From positions 128,001 through 192,000 of the forward strand of contig CAVSLC010000013.1 in assembly GCA_963728565.1 (NCBI GenBank): 64,000 nt of DNA, read 5' to 3'. The notes under the pieces are model-generated. The model had not been told where the DNA came from. It saw only the letters and a program-made list of their open reading frames with translations, and did not search any database. The DNA comes from an uncultured delta proteobacterium. GTDB lineage: Bacteria; Desulfobacterota; Binatia; UBA9968. Positions 11,142 to 23,179 of this stretch are shown here, in pieces; the stretch's first letter is position 1; the number at the start of each line of letters is the position of its first letter. The position numbers were made by a program, and so were the translations under genes.

Positions 11142-11145
11142 TCTG

Positions 11146-12166
11146 ATGGACCTGTCGATCGTCATCCCGGTTTTCAATGAAGAGGAAAATCTCAAGCCGC
11201 TCATCTCCGAAATCGAGGCCGCGCTAAACTCTCTGAGCAAGCGTTATGAAATAGTCATTATCGACGACGGCAGCCGGGACAGTACTTTCCAAATTCTCGC
11301 AGAGATTTACGAGATTGACCCCCATCTTCGGGTTATCAAACTCAAGCGAAACTTCGGACAAACCGCCGCATTGGCGGCTGGGCTTGCGCATGCCACGGGT
11401 GAAGTAGTGGTAATGTTGGATGGCGATGGCCAGAATGATCCGGCGGATATTCCAGCCCTTTTGGTAAAACTGGAGGAGGGCAATGATATTGTCTGTGGCT
11501 GGAGGTACCGTCGCCAAGACCCATTTCTCAGACGCCGCCTGCCATCAATGATCGCCAATTCGCTGATATCCTGGACGACTCAGGTCAAACTCCACGATTA
11601 CGGCTGCACGTTGAAGGCGATGCGCAAAGAAATCGCCAAGAATCTGAAGCTTTACGGCGAAATGCATCGCTTTATCCCCGCGATTGCGTATGAGCGCGGC
11701 GCAAAGATTGCCGAGCTGAAAGTCAATCATCGGCCCCGATTACGCGGCAAATCGAAGTACGGCATTACCCGAACGGTACGGGTGATTTTAGATCTCATGA
11801 CGGTCAAGTTTCTCATGAGCTACTCGACCCGGCCCTCGCATATTTTCGGAATCATCGGTATCGGCAGCGGTGGCATAGGATTTCTGCTTGGTATTTATCT
11901 CACGGTTCAAAAGTTGATGTATAATATTCGAAATCGGCGGCAGGCCTCTTTTATTACTGGCGGTCATGCTAATCTTTGTCGGCTTCCAATTCGTCACCAT
12001 GGGGCTGCTGGGAGAAATGTTGTCGCGGACTTATCATGAGTCGCAGGACAAAGCGGTATTTGTTGTCGGTGAAATTCTTGGCGATAGGAGCTGTTATGAA
12101 ACTTGCGGTTATCGGAACCGGGTATGTTGGATTGGTAGCGGGAACTTGTTTTTCGGAAACCGGTAA
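11146..12166 (+). CDS. Glycosyltransferase family 2 (polyprenol-phosphate sugar transferase, ArnC-like); frameshifted near 11925
   Basis: [28 protein letters not shown]. The conserved C-terminal [20 protein letters not shown] continues in a shifted frame. 3' end uncertain. Confidence 0.85.
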
Positions 12167-13402
12167 TGAGGTTATCTGTGTCGACATAGACGAGGCCAAA
12201 ATCGCAACCCTTCAGCAGGGGAAAATTCCCGATTTACGAGCCTGGGCTGGAAGAGATGGTGCGGCGTAATGCTGAGGAGCAACGTTTGCTGTTTACAACA
12301 GATGTCGAATTCAGCGGTGCGAAACTCGTCGATCATTTTCATCGCCGTCGGCACGCCGCAAGGCCTCAACGGTCATGCCAATCTGGAATATGTCCGTAAC
12401 ACGTCCAAAAGTATCGCCAAAGCCATGGACGGCTTCAAAATCATCGTCACCAAGAGCACTGTCCCGGTCGGCACCGCGGATCAAATTCGGCAGTGGATGT
12501 CCGAGGAAACCTCCCAGCCATTTGCCGTGCTCTCCAATCCCGAATTCATGAAGGAAGGCGCTGCGGTCGAAGACTTCATGAAACCGGACCGGGTCGTTCT
12601 CGGCGGCGATGACGCCGAAGCTTTGGAGATCGTCAAAGAGCTCTACGAACCGTTCCTGCGCACCGGCAATCAGATACTGGTGATGGATAGCCGTAGCGCT
12701 GAGATGAGCAAGTATGCCGCCAATGCCATGCTTGCGACCAAAATTTCGTTCATCAACGAAGTTTCTCGCTTATGCGAGTACATGGGCGCCGACATCAACG
12801 ATGTGCGCCGGGCAATCGCATTGGACCGGCGTATCGGCCAACATTTCATCTTCCCCGGAGTAGGTTATGGCGGTTCCTGCTTTCCCAAAGATATCCGAGC
12901 GATTATCAGCATGGGCGGCGACCAAGAAGAGATGTCTCTGATGAAGGCGGTGGAACAAGTCAACGAGCGCCAAAAAAAAGTTTTGGTCGAAAAGGTCAAA
13001 CGCCGTTTCGGCGCAAAGCTCTCAGGCAAGATCTTTGCGGTTTGGGGGCTAGCGTTTAAGCCGCGCACCGACGATATGCGCGACGCCCCGGCCATTGTGG
13101 TGATTGAAGCGCTATTGCAAATGGGCGCTCGAATCCAGGCGTTCGATCCCGAGGCAACGGCGGAAGCCAGGAAAATATTCGGCGACCGAATCGTCTATGC
13201 CGCGCGAAATTACGATGCGTTGGACGGCGCCAGCGCTCTGCTGGTGCTTACCGAGTGGAACGAGTTTCGCCGGCCGGATTTCGAGCGCATTAAGGAACTG
13301 CTCAAAGAGCCGATTATCTTTGATGGGCGCAACATCTATGATCCCGGGGAGCTAAAAAAACTTGGCTTCGATTACTACTCGATAGGACGGAAACATGGCT
13401 AG
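12096..13402 (+). CDS. ugd: UDP-glucose 6-dehydrogenase; two apparent 1-nt insertions (about 12230 and 12310)
   Basis: [12 protein letters not shown], then IYEPGLEE in another frame, then [14 protein letters not shown] and FKPRTDDMR. Confidence 0.92.
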
Positions 13403-14342
13403 ATACCTGATCACCGGCGGCGCCGGGTTTATTGGCTCTCATCTCTGTGAGACCTTTCTCAATCAGGGACACGACGTGATCTGCATGGACAACTATTCGA
13501 CGGGAGCGCAGCAGAATATCGCCGGGTTCGCGACCAATCGCCGGTTCACCTTCATGGATCATAACGTCAGCCGCTATATCGAGGTACATCAGCCGTTGGA
13601 CTTTGTTCTCCATTTTGCGTCGCCCGCAAGTCCTGTGGATTATCTGGAGCTCCCCATCCCGACCCTGAAGGTCGGCTCTCTCGGCACTCATAATGCCCTG
13701 GGCTTGGCCAAGGCCAAAAATGCGGTGTTTTTGCTGGCTTCGACTTCGGAAGTGTACGGTGATCCGCTGGTTCGTCCCCAGCATGAAGAATACTGGGGCA
13801 ACGTTAATCCGGTGGGTCCGCGCGGGGTGTACGATGAAGCGAAACGGTTTGCCGAAGCCATGACCATGGCGTACCACCGCTATCACGGGCTCGATACCCG
13901 CATTGTCCGGATCTTCAACACCTACGGACCGCGCATGCGCATGCAGGACGGCCGGGTTGTGCCGAACTTTATTCTCCAAGCTCTCAAAGGCGAGCCGCTT
14001 ACGGTTTACGGCCAGGGCGAGCAAACCCGGAGCTTTCAATATGTCGATGATCTGGTAGCGGGGATCGGCCGCTTGCTTGAATCCGCCGAGCACTACCCGG
14101 TGAATATCGGCAACCCGCACGAGATGACGGTCTTGCAGTTTGCCAAGAAAATTCTCGAACTCACGGGATCAAAGAGCGAAATTGCTTACCGGCCATTGCC
14201 GCAAGATGATCCGCAGGTGCGCCAGCCTGATATTACCAAAGCCAGAACACTGCTGCAGTGGGAGCCTAAGGTGGAGTTGGACGAGGGATTGATAAAAACT
14301 ATCGACTACTTTCGGGCGCGGTTGAAAGCTCAACTACCATGA
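13395..14342 (+). CDS. UDP-glucuronate decarboxylase (UDP-xylose synthase-like)
   Basis: [40 protein letters not shown]. Confidence 0.92.
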   Translation: MARYLITGGAGFIGSHLCETFLNQGHDVICMDNYSTGAQQNIAGFATNRRFTFMDHNVSRYIEVHQPLDFVLHFASPASPVDYLELPIPTLKVGSLGTHNALGLAKAKNAVFLLASTSEVYGDPLVRPQHEEYWGNVNPVGPRGVYDEAKRFAEAMTMAYHRYHGLDTRIVRIFNTYGPRMRMQDGRVVPNFILQALKGEPLTVYGQGEQTRSFQYVDDLVAGIGRLLESAEHYPVNIGNPHEMTVLQFAKKILELTGSKSEIAYRPLPQDDPQVRQPDITKARTLLQWEPKVELDEGLIKTIDYFRARLKAQLP

Positions 14343-15265
14343 AGATCGTTGTAACCGGGGGCGCGGGTTTTATCGCATCGCACATAGTCGATGCTTACCT
14401 AAAGCAAGGTCACGAGGTCCATGTCATCGATGATTTTTCCACGGGGAGTAAGCTCAATCTCAACTCCGGTGCGGTGCTTCACAACTGCAACGTCGCCGAT
14501 GCCGAAGCCGCCAACGTAATTCTCACGGTCAAACCCGACCTGCTAAATCATCATGCAGCGCAGATGGATGTGCGTCATTCGGTGGAAGATCCCCTGTTCG
14601 ATGCCGGCGTGAATATCCTCGGTTTTCTCAATTTGCTCGAGGCGTGCAAAAAAGCCGGCACCGCTCGAGTCATTTTTGCTTCGTCGGGCGGCGCCATTTA
14701 CGGCGATGAGGAGCCGATCCCGGCTGATGAAGATCACGCCAAGAAGCCGATGAGCCCTTATGGTGTGAGTAAGATGACCGGCGAATTATATCTGGCATAC
14801 TATCATATGGCTTTCGGCATACGTTACGTCGCGTTGCGTTATGCCAATGTTTACGGGCCGCGCCAATCGACCAAAGGCGAGGCCGGCGTGGTGGCAATTT
14901 TCATTTCCCAGCTGCTTGCCGGAAAGCCTCCCATCATCAACGGCGATGGCAAGCAGACGCGCGATTATGTTTTTGTCGGTAATGTTGTCAAGGCCAATGT
15001 CGCCGCTCTGGAAACCAGTCATGTTGGTGGCATCAACATCGGCACCGGCCGTGAGACCGATGTCGTGACGCTTTGCGCGATGTTGCAGCAGCGGGCCGGT
15101 AGCAAGGTTGAACCGCTTTATGGGCCGGCGAAAACCGGCGAGCAGATGCGCAGCTGCCTCGACATTGCCTTGGCCGGCGACGTCCTGGGTTGGCGGCCCG
15201 AGATCGGCCTTGAGGAAGGGCTGATGCAGACGATAGCTTATTACCGCGAAAAAGAGCTGTCATGA
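14339..15265 (+). CDS. NAD-dependent epimerase (UDP-glucose 4-epimerase-like)
   Basis: [31 protein letters not shown]. Confidence 0.9.
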   Translation: MKIVVTGGAGFIASHIVDAYLKQGHEVHVIDDFSTGSKLNLNSGAVLHNCNVADAEAANVILTVKPDLLNHHAAQMDVRHSVEDPLFDAGVNILGFLNLLEACKKAGTARVIFASSGGAIYGDEEPIPADEDHAKKPMSPYGVSKMTGELYLAYYHMAFGIRYVALRYANVYGPRQSTKGEAGVVAIFISQLLAGKPPIINGDGKQTRDYVFVGNVVKANVAALETSHVGGINIGTGRETDVVTLCAMLQQRAGSKVEPLYGPAKTGEQMRSCLDIALAGDVLGWRPEIGLEEGLMQTIAYYREKELS

Positions 15266-17055
15266 GTCTTGAGCATATCCGAAATTTTTCAATCATCGCG
15301 CATATTGATCATGGTAAATCGACATTGGCGGATCGCCTGCTTGAGTTCACCGGCGCGGTGAGCGCCAGGGAGAAGACCGATCAGATACTAGACAGCATGG
15401 ACTTGGAGCGGGAGCGCGGGATCACGATCAAAGCCAGTCCGGTTTGCCTGCGTTACCAGGCTAAGGACGGCAAAGATTACAAGCTTAACCTCATCGATAC
15501 CCCGGGCCACGTCGATTTCACTTACGAGGTGTCGCGTAGCTTGGCGGCCTGTGAGGGGGCATTACTGATCGTTGACGCCGCGCAGGGCGTTGAGGCTCAG
15601 ACGGTGGCCAACGTTCATATGGCGCTGGACCACAATCTTGAAATTCTTCCTGTCATAAACAAAATCGATCTTCCTAGCGCTGATCCCGAACGAGTGCGCA
15701 AAGAGATCGAGGACGTAATTGGCCTCGATGCCTCCAATGCGATCCTGGCCAGCGCTAAAGAGGGCGTTGGCACTGAAGAAATTCTCGAAGGCATCGTTCA
15801 GCGTTTTCCTCATCCTAAAGGAAGCCTCGATGATCCGCTGCGGGCGTTGATTATCGACTCGTGGTTTGATCCTTATCATGGCGCAGTGGTGATGATGCGC
15901 GTATTCGATGGCAAGGTCGCCAAAGGCTGTCGGATTCGCATGATGTTTAGCGGCCGCGCTTTTGAAGTGACCCGCCTCGGTGTGTTTGCGCCCGCGCCAA
16001 TCGAAGTCGACGAATTGCGCGCCGGAGAGGTCGGTTTTTTGATGGCGGCGATCAAAGAAGTAGCCGAGACTCGAATCGGCGACACGGTCACACTCGACGA
16101 TCGCCCAGCCGGGGAGCCGTTGGCCGGGTTCAAACCGATGAAGCCAATGGTCTTCAGCGGCCTCTATCCGACCGACGCCAATCAATACCAAAATTTGCGC
16201 GAAGCACTGGATAAGTTACGGTTAAACGATTCATCGTTCACCTTCGAGCCGGAAACATCTCAAGCCCTGGGTTTTGGATTCCGCTGTGGCTTTCTCGGCC
16301 TGCTCCACATGGACATCATCCGGGAGCGTCTCGAACGCGAATTCGCTTTGAGCCTCATCACCACGGCCGCCACGGTGGTCTATCGGGTCGTTAAAACGAG
16401 CGGCGAAGTCCTGCAAATCGATAACCCGGTGCGATTGCCGCCGGAGGGCGACATCGAGCAGATCGAAGAGCCGATCATTCAAGCGACAATTCATTTGCCC
16501 CAGGAGTTCCTCGGAGGAGTGCTCGGGCTTTGTGAAGAAAAACGCGGCACGCAGAAGGAGATCCGCTATCTCGGGCCCAAGCGAGTGATGATCGTTTACG
16601 AGCTGCCGTTGAATGAAATCGTCGTTGATTTTTACGATCGCTTGAAGTCGGTCAGCCGGGGCTATGCTTCCATGGAATACGAGCTAGCTGGCTATCGCGT
16701 CGCGGATCTGGTTAAACTAGACGTGCGAATTAACGGCGATGTGGTGGACGCCATGTCGATGATTGTGCATCGCGATAAGGCGTATTATCGAGGCCGCGAC
16801 CTTGTGCAAAAAATGCGCGAGCTCATCCCGCGACAGATGTTCGAAGTCGTTATCCAAGCCGCCATTGGCAGCCGAATCATATCTCGAGAAGCGGTAAAAG
16901 CGTTGCGCAAGAATGTCACGGCCAAGTGCTACGGCGGTGATATCACCCGCAAAAGAAAATTGCTGGAGCGGCAAAAAGAAGGAAAAAAGCGCATGAAACA
17001 GGTGGGCAAAGTAGAGATCCCTCAGGAAGCGTTCCTCGCTGCTCTCAAGGTTTAG
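15262..17055 (+). CDS. lepA: Translation elongation factor 4
   Basis: [36 protein letters not shown]. Confidence 0.98.
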   Translation: MSLEHIRNFSIIAHIDHGKSTLADRLLEFTGAVSAREKTDQILDSMDLERERGITIKASPVCLRYQAKDGKDYKLNLIDTPGHVDFTYEVSRSLAACEGALLIVDAAQGVEAQTVANVHMALDHNLEILPVINKIDLPSADPERVRKEIEDVIGLDASNAILASAKEGVGTEEILEGIVQRFPHPKGSLDDPLRALIIDSWFDPYHGAVVMMRVFDGKVAKGCRIRMMFSGRAFEVTRLGVFAPAPIEVDELRAGEVGFLMAAIKEVAETRIGDTVTLDDRPAGEPLAGFKPMKPMVFSGLYPTDANQYQNLREALDKLRLNDSSFTFEPETSQALGFGFRCGFLGLLHMDIIRERLEREFALSLITTAATVVYRVVKTSGEVLQIDNPVRLPPEGDIEQIEEPIIQATIHLPQEFLGGVLGLCEEKRGTQKEIRYLGPKRVMIVYELPLNEIVVDFYDRLKSVSRGYASMEYELAGYRVADLVKLDVRINGDVVDAMSMIVHRDKAYYRGRDLVQKMRELIPRQMFEVVIQAAIGSRIISREAVKALRKNVTAKCYGGDITRKRKLLERQKEGKKRMKQVGKVEIPQEAFLAALKV

Positions 17056-17066
17056 ATCGGAGTTCT

Positions 17067-17718
17067 ATGTCAGCCGGAAAAGTTACCAAGGCGGAGGGTC
17101 AATCATTGGCAAAAAGCAAATCGACCTTCCGCGAATACGCCGAAGCGATCGGGATGGCGCTACTCTTGGCGCTTTTCATCCGGACCTTCATTGTTCAAGC
17201 GTTCAAAATACCATCTGGGTCGATGATCCCGACTTTGCAGATCGGCGATCACATTCTCGTCAATAAGCTCAGCTTACGGCATTCGGGTGCCGTTTCTAGA
17301 AGATTACGTGGTTGACTTCTCGAAACCAAAACGAGGCGACGTAGTCGTGTTTATCTTTCCTGAAGACCGCAGCAAGGATTTCATCAAGCGCGTGATCGGT
17401 GTGGCGGGGGATGAGGTTCAGATTCGCGGCAAAAAGGTTTTGATCAACGGAAAAGAAATCGACGATCCCCAGGCGCATTTCGAAGGCGATGATCCACAAA
17501 CCGCGGGCCTTTCGAACCGCGATGATTACGGTCCGCGCACCGTGCCGGAGAATCATATTTTCGTCATGGGCGATAACCGCGATCGGAGTTACGATAGTCG
17601 ATTTTGGGGTTACGTCAACTTAGACGAGGTGCGCGGCAAGGCATTTTTGATCTACTGGTCCTGGGATGGCGCCGATCGTTGGGTGCGCTGGGAGCGTCTC
17701 GGCAGCCTGATCCGTTAG
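17067..17718 (+). CDS. lepB: Signal peptidase I; apparent 1-nt insertion near 17271
   Basis: IPSGSMIPTL (catalytic Ser) in frame 1; FIKRVIG (Lys) and GDNRDRSYDSR in the next frame; follows lepA. Confidence 0.93.
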
Positions 17719-17777
17719 CAGCGGGGCCGAACCCGATTCAAAGAAAACTATGCGGTGATTCCGAATCGATTCGAATC

Positions 17778-18068
17778 ATGAAAAAAGGGAAAATCGTCTT
17801 AACCGGACTAGCGGTGTTGGTGTTGTTATTGGTGATCGTCAATATTTTATTGATGGCCGGTAACCAGTCACTGCAGCTCAGCGTCAACGAGCGGCAACAG
17901 TACATCGCTGAAACTATCCAACTGGAAGCGCTGAACCGGCAGGTGATAGGGGTGCTGGCGGAAATGGCGCTGAAAACCAACGATGGACAACTGAAGGAAC
18001 TTCTCGCCGGAGTCGGCATCAACCTGTCACCGGCGCCAGCGCAACCTTCCGGCGCTAAGTCAAAGTAA
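17778..18068 (+). CDS. Hypothetical single-pass membrane protein with coiled-coil
   Basis: MKKGK, hydrophobic helix, Gln/Leu-rich helix; collinear with lepB. Confidence 0.65.
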   Translation: MKKGKIVLTGLAVLVLLLVIVNILLMAGNQSLQLSVNERQQYIAETIQLEALNRQVIGVLAEMALKTNDGQLKELLAGVGINLSPAPAQPSGAKSK

Positions 18069-18080
18069 GGTATTTTGATC

Positions 18081-18422
18081 ATGGATGAAGCGCCGAACGA
18101 AATCGAAGAACGTGAGCCCGTCGCGCCGCCGGTGGAACGAGGCGCCAATCTGCCGCTGACGATCTTGCTGATCGCCTTGGTGCTCTGGTTTGGTTTCCAA
18201 ACACTACAGCTCGCTACCGAGCGCGCAAATCTCGGCGAGGCGCGGGGTCACCAGGAAGCGGCCATGCAGGAAGCGCAAAAACTTCGCACGCAATTCGAGT
18301 CTTTGATCGGCAAAACCAGTGAATTGGCCAACAAAGGCCATGCCGGCGCTAAGCTCGTGATGGAGGAGCTGCAGAAGCGTGGAATGGCGGCTCAGCCGGA
18401 AGCGATCATTCCGCAGAAGTAA
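18081..18422 (+). CDS. Hypothetical single-pass membrane protein with coiled-coil
   Basis: One TM segment (LTILLIALVLWFGF) followed by a heptad-rich helix. Confidence 0.65.
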   Translation: MDEAPNEIEEREPVAPPVERGANLPLTILLIALVLWFGFQTLQLATERANLGEARGHQEAAMQEAQKLRTQFESLIGKTSELANKGHAGAKLVMEELQKRGMAAQPEAIIPQK

Positions 18423-18504
18423 TCTTATAAGCACCATTCTGTTGAACCTGCCATAGTTTCCTCTTAAGCTTGTTTCTTCTGCCTCGACGCCTACAGGAGA
18501 ACAT

Positions 18505-21500
18505 TTGGACGCCTTTCATACACTTATACAGCGTTGGTTCCTCGAGCGATTCGAAAGTCCGACGCCGCCCCAACAGGAGGGTTGGTTATCGATCGTCCGG
18601 GGCCAGCCGACGCTTATCGCGGCTCCCACCGGATCGGGTAAAACGCTGGCTGCTTTCTTATGGTCTATCGATCGGCTGTTCAAGCGGGCAATCTCAGGGG
18701 AGTTGCGCGATCAGACCAGCGTGGTTTACGTGTCACCGCTGAAGGCTCTCGGCAACGACATCGCTAAAAACTTGCAACAGCCGCTCGATGAAATCTTTCA
18801 TCTTGCTTACAGCGAAGGAATCATGTTGCCGGAGATTCGCACAGCGGTGCGCTCGGGAGACACGCCGGCCCGTGAACGTCAATTGATGGTGCGCCGGCCG
18901 CCGCACATTCTCATCACGACACCGGAATCACTGTACATCCTGCTGACATCACCGCGCAGTCGCGAATTTCTAAGAAATGCCGAGACCGTTATCATCGACG
19001 AAATTCATGCCATTGCAGCGGACAAGCGCGGGGCCCATCTGGCGCTTTCGCTTGAGCGACTCAATCAATTGGCAGAGCGGCCTTTGCAACGGATCGGCTT
19101 GAGCGCGACGCAAAAACCCATTGAGGAAATAGCACGGCTGCTGGTCGGCTCCCGGGGAGTGCGAGAGGACGGCAGCCCCGACTGCGTGATTGTCGATGGC
19201 GGTCACAAACGCGATCTAGAGCTTCGCATCGAGGTTCCCGATGAGGAGTTGGGGCCGATCATCCGCCAGGATATTTGGTCGGCGGTCTACGATAAAATCG
19301 TTGAACAAATCAAAAACCATCGGACGACATTGGTGTTCGTAAACACGCGGCGTCTGGTGGAGCGAGTGGCGCACCAACTGACCGAGCGCTTGGGCGAGGG
19401 CAAGGTGGGTGCCCACCACGGCAGCTTGTCGAGAAAAACTCGTCTGGACGTCGAACAAAAATTGAAAACGGGTCAATACCCGGTCGTGGTCGCCACCGCA
19501 TCTTTGGAGCTGGGTATCGATATCGGCCATGTCGATCTCGTCTGTCATATCGGCGCGCCGCGCACATTGGCGGTTTTGCTCCAACGGGTCGGCCGTTCTG
19601 GGCACTGGTTGGGAGCAATTCCCAAAGGGATTTTTTATCCGTTAACCCGGGACGATCTGATGCAGTGCGCCGCTGCGATTCGTAGCGTGCGCCAAGGCGA
19701 GTTGGACAAAATTGCGGTGATCGAAAAACCGCTCGATATCCTGGCGCAGCAAATGGTAGCCACGGTCGCCAGCATGACGCCGGCGGTCAAAGCGGACGTT
19801 CCCGCGAGCAAATCTCAAGCCGACGGCGGCATCAGTGAGGAAACCTTATGGCGCATGGTTGGCGGCGCTTATCCGTATCGCAACCTGTCGCGGATCGAAT
19901 ACGAACAGGTGCTGCAGATGCTCAGCGAGGGAGTCGAAACCCGAAGGAGCCGGCGCGGCGCCTACATTCATCGGGATCGGGTCCATGGCATGTTGCGCGC
20001 GCGGCGCGGCGCCCGATTAACGGCGATCACTAACGGCGGAGCAATTCCCGATACTGCCGATTACGACGTGGTCGAGTTTCCCAGTGAAACGACCGTCGGC
20101 AAAGTCAATGAGGATTTTGCCATCGAGAGTCTCACCGGAGATATTTTCTTGTTGGGGAATCGATCCTGGCGTATCCGTCGGGTCGGCTCAGGCAAGGTTT
20201 GGGTTGAAGATGCGCAAGGGCTGCCGCCGAGTATCCCGTTCTGGCTCGGCGAGTCGCCGGGGCGCACCATAGAATTATCCAAAGCGGTATCGGATTTGCG
20301 CCGCGACGTTGCCGACCGGATTTCAGATCGAAGGAAAGCCCAAGACTGGCTGGTCAGTGAAATCAAGATTCCGGAAGCGGCCGCAGAACAGATTGTAAAT
20401 TACGTAGCCGAAACACAGAGCGTGCTTGGAACAGTGCCGGGGCAGCAATCTATTGTCGCCGAGCGGTTTTTTGACGAGGGCGGCGGCATGCAATTGGTGA
20501 TTCACTCGCCCTGGGGCGCGCGTATCAACCGCGCCTGGGGCCTGGCGCTTAGAAAGCGCTTCTGCGTCAGCTTCGACCGGGAGTTGCAAGCGGCCGCCAC
20601 CGATGACGGCATCGTCATCTCTCTGGTCGAGCAACACTCTTTTCCCTTGAGCGACGTATTTCAAATGCTGCGGCCGACAATGATTGAGCCGAGCCTGATC
20701 CAGGCGGCATTGGCATCGCCGATGTTTACCAATCGCTGGCGCTGGAACTCTACCCGAGCCCTGGCTGTGATGCGTCACAGCGGCGGCAGAAAGGTGCCGG
20801 TAGCGCTCCAGCGGATGCGCGCCGAGGATTTGCTGGCGGCGGTTTTTCCCGAGCAGATGGTTTGCGGGGACAACCGCACCGGTCCGGTCGAGTTGCCGGA
20901 CCATCCATTGGTCAACGAAACAATCGGCGATTGCCTGCACGAGGCTATGGATCTCGACGGTCTCAAGAAAATCATCGCGGCCATCGAGAGTGGTGCAATC
21001 AGTACCCTGGCGGTCGATACGCCTGCGCCGTCGCCCATGGCGCATGAAATCCTCAATGCCAATCCCTACGCCTTCCTGGACGATGCACCATTGGAAGAAC
21101 GGCGCGCGCGGGCGGTTTCTCTAAGACGGACAGATCTACGGTTGGAACGTGAATTCGGTCAGCTTGACCAAGCGGCAATCGATGAGGTCCGCCGTCAGGC
21201 ATGGCCCGAAATCCGCGATGGCGACGAGCTCCATGACTTTTTGCTTGGGGTTGGAATCTTATCGGCGGGGGAGCGCCCCGATTGGCGGCGCATCGCTCAA
21301 GAATTGATAGAAAACCGCCGCGTCACAGAAGCGACTTGGCTGCCTCGTGGCTCTCAAACCGCAATGACCGCCTATGTTGCGGCCGAAAGGGTTGAGTTGG
21401 TTCGTACCTGCATGCCGGAAGTAACCTTCGCTCCAGCTGTAGCATTGCCGTCGGATTTTCCAGCGCAACCGGTATCGGAAGAAGAAGCGCTCAGAAGAAT

Positions 21501-22876
21501 AGTTCAGGGCTGGACGGAAGCGATCGGACCGACAACCGTCACCGCTTTGTCGAACCGGCTGGGTATTGAAGCGCCCAGAATAGAGTCGGCATTGTTGTCC
21601 CTTGAAGGAGTCGGGATGGTTTTGCGCGGCCGGTTCACTCCATCGACCGTTTCGGCCGGAGAAACTGAATGGTGCGATCGGGTGCTGCTGGCGCGCATCC
21701 ATCGTCTCACTCTCGGGCGCATGCGCAGAGAAATCGAGCCGGTTTCGCCGGTGGAGTTTATGAGCTTTTTGTTGTCTTGGCAGCACGTCGGAGTTAATCG
21801 CCAACTCGAGGGACGTGACGGAGTCCTGCGCGTGATTCAACAGCTGCAGGGACTGGAACTGCCGGCGCCGGCCTGGGAACAGTCGGTTCTGCCGGCGCGC
21901 GTGCGGAACTATTCTCCGGCGGATCTGGAACATCTCTGCCTCGCCGGTGTTGTGGCTTGGGGCAGATTGCGGGCCGAGCAAAGTTCCAATGATAATCTTT
22001 CAGGGGAAACTTCCCGCCAGGCGGCGCCGCAAGCGCTTGGCAGCTCCGGCGCGAAACGCCCCGATCGCTTTTTTGCTGCGCGAAGATTGTGATTACTTCT
22101 TGGGCAATCGCTCGGCGCGTTGGGCCGACGTGCCCACGCTTTCGAGCAGCGCGCGCGACGTGGCGCGTTATCTGGAACAGCGCGGCGCGTCTTTTGTCAG
22201 CGACATCGCCCGTGGCGCCGGGCTGCTGAAAACCAAAGTCGAGGAAGCGCTCTGGGAACTGGTGGCCCATGGTCTGGCTACAGGCGACGGCATTGCGGGT
22301 CTGCGAGTGCTGTTGCTGCCTGAGCACAAGCGCCAGGGAAAGCGCCACAATCTTAGGGTGATTAGCGGCGGAAGAAGCACGGCACGGATGATGCCCGTGG
22401 GCAGGTGGTCGCTCTGGAGTAATCAGAACGGCGATGCTGACGTGAACGGCGAACAAATCGTCGAACGGCAGGCGCGGCAACTACTCGAAAGATATGGGGT
22501 GGTTTTTCGTGATCTTCTCGCCCGGGAGGCAAATCTGCCGCCATGGCGGACTTTGCTCGCCACCTATCGCCGCCTGGAAGCACGCGGCGAGATTCGCGGA
22601 GGCCGCTTTGTTAACGGTTTCGTCGGCGAACAGTTTGCCTTGCCTGTTGCAATTGAGAAACTTCGAGCCGAACGCCGCGCCGATGAGAAACAGCAACCGT
22701 TTATCGTATCAGCCGCTGACCCCCTGAACCTGGTGGGAATACTTACGCCCGGCACACGGGTTTCTGCCTATTCGAGTCAGGTGATCGCCTACCACAAAGG
22801 TCTGCCGATTCAGGTCGGGCCCCTCGGTAGCGTCCTCAGTAGCTTACAACTACATCACGCAGGCGAGAAGCCGTGA
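18505..22876 (+). CDS. lhr: Large Lhr-family ATP-dependent helicase; apparent 1-nt insertion near 22010
   Basis: APTGSGKT, DEIH, SAT, HHGSLS, LELGIDIG, QRVGRSGH. The C-terminal region (RGEIRGGRFV..GEQFA, SAADPLNL) continues in ORF 21947-22876. Confidence 0.9.
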
Positions 22877-23179
22877 ACCGGTAACGGTTCCGGCGGCTAA
22901 CTGTTCAGACAAAAACTCCATACGCGATTATGACTTTGATAGGAGCGGTAGTCCGTCCCCTCGGGCAGACTCTACAACCCGTCTCTCAACTGTCGACCTC
23001 ATGCAGGTTCTGCTCTGTGCTCGCGCTTAGTGTTGACTTCAATGTAGCGGTCAACTTATTCTTCACGGGGATAGCGATCCAGACTATATGGCGCAGCAGG
23101 AATCGAACGTAATCAAATCGTCACCTAACCGTCGATCTTTCAATTAATAGCAAGCAAGGAAAATCGCTGAGGGTTGCTT

